NCBI GenBank assembly: GCA_000934665.2
Contig: JYFJ02003594.1
Span: 1 to 39,734, forward strand
From: Catajapyx aquilonaris
Taxonomy: Eukaryota
DNA: 39,734 bases
Direction: 5' to 3'
Shown one piece after another: positions 22,850 to 33,680 of the stretch; the first letter of the stretch is position 1; every line of letters begins with the position of its first letter. A program made the position numbers and the translations under genes. Below the pieces are notes generated by a model, which saw nothing but the letters and a program-made list of their open reading frames with translations, did not search any database and was not told where the DNA came from.

Positions 22850-24686
22850 CAATACTGATAATAAGCAACTCAATTCACTCCCCCAATACTGATCCGATTT
22901 TAAAGACGTATTCACGTCAAAAGCTGCGGCTTGTGTTCCCGACACAACCTCATGTTATTCCCCCCCCCNCCCCCCCCTGCTAGGAAGAAGCATTTCCAAG
23001 ATGTGAAGAAGTCAAAAATTCGAAGCATGGGAACGATGAAGCATCTGTGGAAGATTGTTCGGAGGAATATGTTCTCGAAATGTGTGCTTCCGAACAAGAT
23101 CTCAGGCTTACTGACCCGGCGCTAAAGTGAAAACAAGGTGTGGTGCGGAGTTTCAGTACCCATCTTGCTTTGTATTTTAAGAAATTAATGATTACATCAC
23201 CAATGATTTCTATGGTCTGTCCACCACTTGGACGACCAACAACTATACAGTCATATCAAAAGAAATGTGGGCCTATTGCACACTCACTCAAAAATTCGCT
23301 TTCACAGCGGCATTCACAAATCACTATTCTGCCTACGTAGTGGAAAATGACCGTTCATGGGGCGATTTCTGTGTATCGGTAGGTCTAGTTGATCCAGGCT
23401 GGAAATAGATGAGTGTTTCTTTCTCCCATCACACATAGCGTCAGTGGAAAGCCGTTTGTGAGATGGCAGCGAATAGGGAAAAAAACAGGGCTGGTGGGTG
23501 ATGTCGAGGCTGGAAATGAGACAGCCATCGGAAATTGGATTCTGGGTTGCGGGCTCCCATGTTGCGTAGAATTTCCCATTACTGAGGGCATCAATATTTC
23601 ATCTGAAGTGTTCATAAAAATACGGACGTTGATTTGCATGACGCCATCCAGCATTCTGTATTTGACCTGGACCCGGCGCCACTGTCTGTCCCCTGGGGAA
23701 ATCTAAGTTAGGCGCCATTTTCAATTTCTGATTTGGAGTTCCGTATGTAACGGGCAGGTATATTAGCAGGGTGGTCAGGTCGGCAGCATTGGCGATGCTA
23801 AATCACATTAAGCCGGTTTAGGCAGATCGGCTTCCCTTGTATAATGTCACATGTCCTTGTGGAAAGCGGGAATCACATCTCGCTGCCTTGATTTGCATTG
23901 GAGGGCTATGGCGTGACAAGTGCATGAAAAAAGTATGTTTTACATAATGGAGTTGGCAGGCAGGCAGGCAGGAACCGAAAGCCTATGTTACATTATCTCG
24001 ATTTGCCCACGTCATCACTGGATTAATCCAAAGCAGGTCAAAATAGACAGTGCGGCCAGGCGAAACAGCGCAAAATATTTGAGTGGACTAATCTAACATT
24101 TGCGAGTCACAATGAAGCACATTACGCTCGGCCACAGAATGAAGGAGGCCGCGATTTAATCTCGTTCATTCTGAATATATCCGTTACATGCTAGGATCAA
24201 ATCGACTCGTAAATGATGTGATTATATACCAAATGGGACATCTCATTGTTAAAGGAAATCCAATTTGACTTTTATGTCAGATAAAGATCATGGCGGATAT
24301 TTTGTTTCAAATGGGCCACTGCAACCCGTCTTACCGGGAAGCTCTTCAAATATTTATGATCTATGCTGGAATTAAATAATAGCCAATGTCGTGCTCCGAA
24401 ATTTGTTTAACTATGCCTAGGTCAACAATATAATTCTCCCCTTAGTATAGGGAAAAGAATGAATGCTATAGCAAAAGGCTCCCCTAGAATGCACTTCTGC
24501 AACCTCCCCCCTTTTCAATAATCCACCAATGGGAAATGGGGGAAATGGAGTTGCCAGTTGTCAACAGTGAGATTTTTGAAATAATGTTGTTACTTTATGA
24601 AACATTTACATACAGAAGTATATTATACCTCAATGTAAATTTACATATGAGAATAAGCACAAGCACCGGAATAATATTTCCCTTAC

Positions 24687-25031
24687 GGGGGAGGTGTAGA
24701 TGGCCGAGATGGTAACGTCTCGGCTTGCTGAGTGAAAGGCCCCAGGTTCGATCCCCGCCTGGGGAACCTTCCTTTCACCTGCGTCAGGAGGGTCTCTGAC
24801 CTGCACCAAGGAGGTGTCTGGCAACCTAACCTCCTGTGGAACAGCACATGACCCCTTTACCGACATTGCACTTGCACCAATGTTCCCTCCCCAAAAATCC
24901 ATATCCCTACCCTACATCCATGACTCCTTGCACCGGTGATGAAGTTAAAGGAAAATTGGAGAGTAATGGTGGTATTCCACCCCCCTAAAAAGGCTAAGCC
25001 TTATCACGGGGTAACGTAATACATATATATA
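24687..25031 (+). mobile_element. tRNA-derived SINE with a (TA)n tail (tail resumes at 25938-25953)
   Basis: A box TGGCCGAGATGG at 24701-24712 and B box GGTTCGATCCC at 24745-24755. The ~330-bp body ends in a TA microsatellite. No TSD seen. Confidence 0.75.
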
Positions 25032-25937
25032 CGAGGGTCGTCCAATAAGTTCTGAGCCTGATGTTGAAAGACATGTTTGATGGTCAAAATTTTATTAAGA
25101 CTTTTCGGCGTAGTCACCTTGAACCAGGATGCATTTGTCCCACCGGTGCTCCAACCTCTGTATTCCGTGTAAAAAAAATCTTCCTCGACCCCACCCAACC
25201 ACTCATACATTGCACTTATCACCTCATTGTCACTGGAGAAGTGCGTCCCACGGAGGCTTCAGGAGAATAATGATGGAGCCAGGTCTCATCTTGTGTTACG
25301 TAACGAGCCAAAAAGTGTCCCGGTCTCTCCGATACTCTCCAATGGCGCCTGTGAATGTGTCACACGGATCCGCTTCTGATCAGGCGTCAAGTCGCGGGTT
25401 ACCCATCTGGCCGTCAGCTTGTGCATCCCCAATATGTCCGTTAGGATTGAATTCACAGTACCTCGCGAGATGGCCATCGCCATGGCTATCTCCCTGAGGT
25501 GAGTCGGCCATCTGCCATGACCATGTCATGGATGCGGTTGACGTTCTCCGCAGTGGTTGCCGTTGCTGGGCGGCCCGAGCGGGGGTCATCTTCCACACTC
25601 TCCCGACCCATCTTGAAATCCCGTGCCCACCTTTTGACAGTGGCATATGAAGGAGCTTCGTCAAACAGTGTTTCCCTCATGTCCTCGTGAATATTCTGAG
25701 GGGTCATCCCCTTTCTCTGGACGTATTTGATCACCGCTCGCAGCTCGATTCTGTCAATGTCGGAGACCAATCCGCACTTTTACGCCTGCAGGTGCCAGTA
25801 TCTCCTGATAGAATGATGCAATCGGGGTGAAGTTTGGGGGTTGTTGCTCTAATGAGTGTCACTACCTTCAGGTGGAAGGACATCATTATCAGCCCACGCT
25901 ATCTACCTTAGGCTCAGAACTTATTGGACGACCCTCG
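25032..25937 (-). mobile_element. Internally deleted mariner transposon (irritans-subfamily-like), 906 bp
   Basis: Perfect 28-bp TIR CGAGGGTCGTCCAATAAGTTCTGAGCCT (25032-25059 / 25910-25937), TA TSD, and a transposase pseudogene inside. Confidence 0.95.
25095..25770 (-). pseudogene. Mariner transposase pseudogene (frameshifts, catalytic core deleted)
   Basis: N-terminal HTH ELRAVIKY...APSYATVKRWARDFKMGRESVEDDPRSGRP, linker ARWVTRDLT (WVPREL motif) and first-D motif YVTQDETWLHHYSPE. This is fused directly to the C-terminal SLRGTHFSSDNEVISAMYEWL...GIQRLEHRWDKCILVQGDYAEKS*. Confidence 0.93.
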
Positions 25938-27290
25938 TATATATATATATATAGTGATGGTACCAAGTGAAGCAAACATGATCTCATTAATAACATTACG
26001 CTGGCAAGGGAAATATTACTCAGGTGCTTGTGCTTCTCATATGTAAATTTACATTGAGGTATGATATACTTCTGTATGTAAATGTTTTATAAATTAACAA
26101 CATTATTTCAAAAATTTCACTGCTGACAGCTGCCAACCCCATTTCCGCCATTTCCCCCCATTTCCCATTGGTGTATAATTGAAAAGTGGGAGGTTACAGA
26201 AGTGCAATCTAGGGGAGTATTTGGCTATATGTTGTAGAAGGAATTGTTTAAAATGTTGTATCAGATTATTTTGATTCCATAAAACGTTATGGATCACTTT
26301 TTTGTTGAATATGTTCAGGTATAGCTGAGAACTCAATATCCTATATTTTCTGCATAGCACATGCTTTACCTAGAGGATAATACTGTTATGCCAAGAGATG
26401 TGTCAGATGGGTCGGTTGCCTTGCCTAATCAGAGTCCTGGCACGAAACATGTGATTTTTTTAAATCTGCTGCTTTATGGTGCCTTGAACATGAAGGTTGA
26501 CGGTTTTTAATCTCTTGTTTAAAGTGGCAGTGCACACTGTCTTTCAAAAGTTGGCTTGGGTCTATTCCTATCTTTTTTCTGCTCTTTTTTGGATGGAGGG
26601 GTCTTCACAGATGGGATCCGCATAAAACTTTTAATTAAATTTAGCAATCTTCTCCTTTGCAAGTATTTTTGCACGTTATTTCCCTATCACTGTAAGACAA
26701 TATTATGTATCGAAAACTATTTTACTTCCCTGTCATGTGTTGTGATTTGAAACAGTACAGTTATCCATGCGTTGCAATAAGAGCCAGCAGGTGTAGGGTA
26801 ATATGTGCCTGGGCACGGTTATAACCGAAATAATCTGAGCATTTGTAAAAAATTATATGTGTATATAAGTTCCTCTGCATACAATAAAAATCCACCAAGT
26901 CCAATTTTGTTGGGTTATTTATGTCACTAAGGTTAAATTTTCTGCTATTAAGTCCTAAAGATTTATATTAAGACAGAAAGCCAGGATTTTCTGTCTTTAC
27001 TGTCATGTAAACAAGTGCAAGTCAAATCTTTGCCTTCGATTATCTCGAACCTGGGTTTTCGGACAGTGGATCTCACATACGTACAAGTACATGAACAATA
27101 TGATGCACATTAGGTACACGACAATGTCTTAAATTTTAATTCACCATGTTGAATATTTTAGTTGTGTAGGCCTATACATTGATTTTTTATAGAATCGCGT
27201 AGGTATACCGTATATTTCAAAGAAGAACAGGTGAAACCCAAGGTTGCGGTTAGGTCACCAGAAGTTGTTTTCTCATTGGTTGTTCCAATT

Positions 27291-27343
27291 ATTAGCTTCC
27301 GAAGCCATTGTGAAATAATTTCACAATGGCTTCGGAAGCTAAT
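27291..27343. repeat. Perfect palindrome, 26-bp arms with a 1-nt centre
   Basis: ATTAGCTTCCGAAGCCATTGTGAAAT-A-ATTTCACAATGGCTTCGGAAGCTAAT. Confidence 0.95.
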
Positions 27344-30300
27344 TGTAATTTGACACTGTAAGTTTCTTCCAATTGAGTTAGGAAATTAACTGTTGTTCAC
27401 TAATAGATTCCTGGAAAAATGGTGCGCAGTTACTGGCTCTCTTGGAGCTTCTTAAAGTTTTACTCAAATTGTGTACCTCCTACTCACATCGGGTCCATTT
27501 ACTGCTGGCTATACTTGTAACTGTGTCCGTAAGGCTTCTGTTTACGACCTGCCCCCTGAGCCCCTGACACTTGTCGAAATCGACGTTTTTAATGGAATAC
27601 TATATGTCATGGTATTTCGCACCTATTCATTTCCAATATTCATTAAAAGATATCGATCCACAAGTACTTTCCAAGTGTTTATTTTACATGCTATGATATT
27701 TTTAAGCATTTTCCGAACAAATCTTATAGGACTGTACAGTATGCTGAGTTGTTCCATAGGGTGTTACGTGAATGTAACTTGTTACACAGAGCTAATAATC
27801 CCTCTCACCCCCTCATGGTTAAAATCAGAGGGGATTCCAGAGATGTAAAAGTTGCTTTTACATTTTATTCACATCGTTATACCTGTAACTGACGATTAAA
27901 CACAATTAGATTTATGGACTGGCTTAGGCAAGGGTATAGGCTTGTGACCATTCCCAGCTATTACCGGTACCCCTCTCTGACAGAGAGATAAACAAGACCG
28001 CAATGTGGATTAACCATTTATTCAGTTGTATAGCCTATGCATCAAAATTCATTTTGCAGAATTACATGCAATTGCTCATGACGGAATCAACGTGTCCTAA
28101 TCTCAGTGTATTGTTTTTCAGAACATTTTTGCCCGATCATGGCCACGAAGCTCTTACAGTTGCAGGAATCTGGATCATCAAGCCTTGCATATTTTATTTA
28201 GATAATGATAATTATGTATCATTTTAAAAATCAGGTGTCATTAAAATATCGCCAACCCGGAATGTCTTTAATTACACCAGTTGGTTACGTCTTCAACCCA
28301 CTTTCTCCGCCTTACCCTGCACCTTTCCTGTGCAGCTCGAGAAAAACAAGTCAACCAGGAGAATCTGGCAGTGGAGTATTTCTTCCGAGAGAAGAATTTC
28401 ATTCCAGGGAGAAGAAAAAAACGAGGGAATATTGGTGGTGCCGACAGGTTTCTTTTCATTGGACGAAGCCCAATTCACGTGTTTACTTTCTCGTTTCCGG
28501 TTCGGAAAATTTTGCCGACCTTGATGACGATGGGAGACGGGATACCAACAAAGGTTAACATTGACCTTCGGGTACTGTTCGGGGAACCTTGAAGAGCAAA
28601 GTCAGAGAGAAGCAGAAGAGAAAAACTCTCATTTCACTGCACTGAAAAAAACTTTTGAGTCTTACGTACAGCAAGGGTAAACAAAAGGCAATGTTGACTA
28701 ATTACGCTAAACAAATTCAGGAATGATTAGATTCACGTTCATTATTAAAAAGTTGTAAAGGGATTTTAAACATCATCCGCAGAAAGTCAATAATTGTTTA
28801 AAATATTTTACACAATGTTATGGCATGAGTGAACTTCTGCAAACTCATAATGTAACTAAATGTCACAAAATTAATTGGAGTGTGGAAAATCAGACCCGCT
28901 AAAGTTATGTAAGATCACGAGCAAAAAGATGGACACTGTCTGTTGCAGATTTGGTTTTTAAAATATGATAACCGGTATTCAGTGTGACCTTTGGCACGGT
29001 ACTGTACAGTAGAGTCATGTTACCGATATCTCCCAGCATTCCAGGGAGATCTTTCCATTACCAGTCGTCTCCATATTTTTAGGGGTTGGGGATGACTTGT
29101 TCTACTCTTTGTTCTACTTGGTAACACACATAAGTGATAGTTCAGAAGAAATTGCGCGATTTATGCATTAAACATGTTTGATTTTTAAATTAACCATAAT
29201 AAACAGACAATTCCTCTATATAGAGAGTTTCAAGAGCGATAGACTGTTAATCAACTTGATGATTAGCATGCGAGCAAATCGATAATTGATACTAACCTCT
29301 GTTGACTCAACATGCCCTAATAATCGTTTATTAATGAAACTATATACCTGCATTGCAATATCATTTCCCTTGATCTTCTATTCCCTGCATGTGGTGAAAT
29401 AATTGGCTAGTTTTTACTGGCTGCTATTTGGCACAAAAATGTATTTGGCAGCCACATAATACGGATGTTCCAAATAGACTCTTTAGTGTATTGATTTACC
29501 GACGACCGTTTTTTGTTTCGTTTAGGACTGTCCTGGATGGACAAGACAAAACGTCTAGTTTCCTCTCCGACCAATGCTTGTACCGAAAATAATGGACTTG
29601 CGCCATCATGACGAGGAATCTGCTTTTATGTGGAACTGCAGGCATAGCTATAGCCTTTTCACGGTACACGTTATGACACGATCACTAGTTTTGCTATGAG
29701 TTGGTGAGAATGAGAAGCATGCAGGATGGACGTACACTATTATTCTCGCTTACCTGATGAAAAAGAACACGGCCTTTGATAAGTGCGGGATTCTTAAAAC
29801 TCTTCGGCGACACCATCTGCGATTGCAGGCAGTGTGTTTATGATCCTAATCCACAGCCTCTGAGTATTTCTCCAACCACATCACAGGGACTTACTATGCA
29901 CGAATAGCGAGTTGGTGCAAGGAATGTTTGATAGAAAGAAGGGAATGGCCATCAGAAACTAAACACTCACGTATGAACAGATCGGATATTATTGAGTACT
30001 GTACTGTACATGTAGTTTTATATGGTCAGGTGCTCCGAGTGAGCCTGACAACCATAATAATGAATGTAACGATGTGATATGCTGGGTAAAAAGATATATA
30101 TTTTTAAAAAGTACAGTATTCTATTTCAAACAAAAGTCGCTGATCATACTGCTTGATCATTATTTTAATTAGGCTAACATGCTGATGAGAGGTGAGGTAT
30201 GAGAGCCTTTTCAAGTGTACCAATCTATCCTTCTGCACATTCGCCTCTTTGACACTACAGATCCCCATTGAAACTTGTGGTCTCCTTTGATCTCGTATTT

Positions 30301-33300
30301 AGTTGGCTTCTACCTGTGATCGATTAGTTACAGCACAATCGGCCTAAGTCTAACAATGTAACCAACATGCGGCATCATGAGTAGGCAACTTTCGCTCTCC
30401 ATTTTCCAAGAGCGTAGATTCTCATAGAGCAGCTCTTGCCCCAAGTCGGCTCCAAATCTGCAAATAGGAAGTTGTCAAAAGCGGATCAAGTGGAGGGAGC
30501 AAGTTGGGCGTAAAGCGAGCCCCGGAGCCATACAAAGAAGGAAGGCTTTGCTGCCTCAATTGCTACTGTTGGCAATGCAGAAGAGCGGACGCCCTTTTAC
30601 AGTAAGCACAGACACATTCCGCACTACCCACCGGCTGAGGAAACTAGCGAAGCAGAAGAGACCTCTCTCGACCAGAGCCGTTTGCGCGACTTGATTGCAC
30701 CACTGACTCGCAAATAGAAGAAATCAGTGGTTGCCCACTGGATCATGCAGCTGAGGAAACGGTTATTTCACTAAGGACCCCGCCTATACAGTATAGACTG
30801 GTGGGAGGTTGCACAAATATTTCTTGTGGTAACGCTCGTGCTGGCAAACAGCTACCGGCCTCCAACCGCTATGTCGTGTAGCAGTAAGGATCCCGAATTG
30901 CTCTATTACTCTAGTTCCTCGTGCATAATGCAAGGTGAAGTCTGCTTCGCCGTGGAAAGCAATGTGAGTTGATCCAGGCCAGTTCTGGAAAAGACACATT
31001 GCTTTGTATAAGCTGCTCTGGCAAGACACTTCTTGAGAAAAAAACCTATTAGTTCATACACAGTGTAGCTTTCTTAGCAGATTATTATTATTATTTCAGT
31101 TCATAACACCAACTGTTCTTGTAGGGGTTGATACACAAGAATTTTACTGTTATCTGCAAAAGAAGCTGGTACTACGGATCTTATCAAGAAAACAGGTGCC
31201 ATGTTGGTCAGTATTCCCTTACCATTGGGAGCCGTGCTTCGTAGAAATCATGTTACAGCCGATCAGGTTCGTTCATAACGACACCCTATGACAGCTTACC
31301 ATGTCGAGGAAGTCTTACGTCACATAGTACGCTGGAGTAGGCAAAGAACTTCCCCACTATGTAGCCTTGTATCATCTGTGAACATCTCATTCAGCCTCAT
31401 GGAAGGGATTGGGCAAACTATCAGAAAAACTCAGTCCAAATCCGGAGAAAAATGAAAACATTTCTGACAGCAACTTTCCAACCCACTCAGATTGGGGTCT
31501 GATTAAACATTGAGAAGGTAGGAGTGCTTGGTTTTAGGCTCTGTTTTCCAGCTCTCCCCTAACTCCTCCCAATTATTGATGATGGGTAAGGACAGTGTGT
31601 CCGGTGGCCGATGCGTTGCGGTGCGATGGAAAGTGACGGGATACTGCGGCCGGACGAGCCGCTGAAATGATATAGTCAAATCCGACTCTCTCTCTCGAGA
31701 CGTCGAAACCTTTTTGCATTGTACCTATAGTCTCTGCACGCGATGCTATACTAGTAGAAGCCGTGTTGGTGCATTGCGCACTGTAAGTGAATATTTTTAC
31801 CGCATTTAAAGGAGTGTATGACCTACTTTTGTGTAAAGTGGCCTAGTGCAGCGCACTCTCTTGCAAGGGACGGCGGACGTCTCGTGTCACAAGTACTGCT
31901 GACGTGCATCACGTCAGAGGAGTTGCACTTGACCCTGCACGACAGGTCGCGCCCCTCCGTTTCGCAGGATGTGGTTGGCCAGCACGGTGTTTACTTACAT
32001 GATAGGCATGACAAGTTGTGCAGTACGTGGACACTGATGTGAGACGTACTTGACTTCAATGGATGTAGGGAGTGGCATACTGGGACTGGATTGTATACGA
32101 CCAGAATTGACAGTAGTACAAAAGGGGGGACACCTATTTATGCGTTTTGAACACGGCGATATCTGAACATAATATTGGCATGTGGCCATCTGGCAACTCA
32201 CCTGAAGGTCGTTTAGTCAATGTCTTAAATGTGGTCGTCCTCGACCCACGGCTTCTGCAAACACGACCTACAGAGGGTTTCCTGCTAGGCACATGCCAGT
32301 TTTAGTTTCCGACAATAAATCGACAGACCACTTGTATGAACAGGAGCTACTGGTCGTTAGAGCTTGCAGAATAGCCTCCTTCTGTTTATGTACAGTTATA
32401 CAGCAAAGGCATTTGCGAGAGAGTTATCCATTTGTCGATATTATAGTTTACACATAAATATCCTAGTTGATGTGTACATAAAAACCGGACAACTGGATTG
32501 GTCAGAATGAGTCATTAATATACCATTTGCTTCTACACCTTCCAGGTTGCATTAATATTTAGCTTGCTATTTTTAGCGAAGGTTTTTTTTCATCTGAGAA
32601 TGCAAATGAAATCATGCATGTAGGAGTTACTGATCACACTTTACAATGTTACAGTCGCTTCGAATGAAAACTTATCCACTATACATATCCTGCGCTTTGT
32701 GCAGTGTTACTCATGATTTTCACAAACATTCATAAATGCTCGGAATGTTTTGGCCAGCAACTCAACTCTCGCCTTCACACATTTCAGCTAATAAAATAAT
32801 GAATTGCTGAATATAACATACTGTTTCTGCTCATCACATGTAAATTGGGATTTTAAACTGGACGCGTGCATTATTTTCTCCTGTTAGAGCGGAGCCACAC
32901 GTTACTGGGTCATGAACTATGCATGTGCCTACGTTACATGTCGGAATGAAAAAAAAAGAAGAAAAGCTCCCCCAGGGCTGTCTGGATTCGTGCCGCAGAA
33001 TTATGGAATCAAGTACAGTATAACTGGCTGCCTTTCGCTGTAGTTGTGGAGCTTTGTTGCTGCTGGTCCTGCTCTACATGAATGAGAACGATGCAGTCAA
33101 CGACACTGAGATGAAAATTTATGTGCCTCTAAATTTATGCAGGCCCGCTAACTGCGCGGTTGAAAAAAAAAATCCATTTCTGGAAGGAGCCATTTGCAAT
33201 TTGCCAATCATTTGTAGTCCCCCACAAAACGCTCGTAAATGTTATCCTGCTCTCGTTAGCACACTCTCCTACAAACGACTTGTCTTTCCTGTCACACGTC

Positions 33301-33624
33301 ATAGATCAAAGTCTGTGATCAGTGACTGAGAAAGAATTCGGGGTTAGAAAGGAGGGTGGGTGGGATAGAGGAGGGCACGGTAATGCCATCAAGTTTGCCA
33401 GGCTTAGTAGATGATAATGTAGCAAGAGACCACGACAGAAACGAGCTTAATGAACCGAGCTTTTCGCCACTCATTCAGAAAAAAAAGCTGTAACGTCGCT
33501 GATTTTCCACACTTAGAAGTTCTGGCAAGAAAATTCCAGATCAAAGTGGACGTTAGCGGAAAAATGTGTTCTACAGCATGATGTCAAAAGAAATACTTGA
33601 ATCGTTTTCTTCCCTTTTTTCCAG

Positions 33625-33680
33625 ACCCAGCTTCAAAATTCTCATCTCGCAGATGCTGCTCGCGAAAGGGACAAAAAAAG
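33625..33680 (+). other. Candidate 56-nt internal exon (unverified)
   Basis: Strong acceptor TTTTCTTCCCTTTTTTCCAG| and donor AAG|GTAAGG. Phase-0 reading TQLQNSHLADAARERDKK. Confidence 0.3.

Larger units (their letters stand above)
22365..22922. mobile_element. Unclassified non-autonomous element with hairpin-containing 32-bp TIRs and internal repeat arrays
   Basis: TTTTGACGTAAATACGTCTTTAAAATCGGGTC (22365-22396) pairs with GATCCGATTTTAAAGACGTATTCACGTCAAAA (22891-22922), 2 mismatches. Each end contains GACGT-N4-ACGTC. No conventional TSD. Confidence 0.75.
24467..26229. mobile_element. Foldback MITE with ~220-bp arms, split by a SINE plus mariner insertion
   Basis: 24467-24684 (TATAGC...CTCCCCTAGAATGCACTTCTG...AATATTTCCCTT) is the imperfect reverse complement of 26006-26229. 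Confidence 0.85.

Noticed and set aside
24690..24765. tRNA gene
   Set aside because: A and B boxes are present but there is no clean cloverleaf; it is the head of a SINE.
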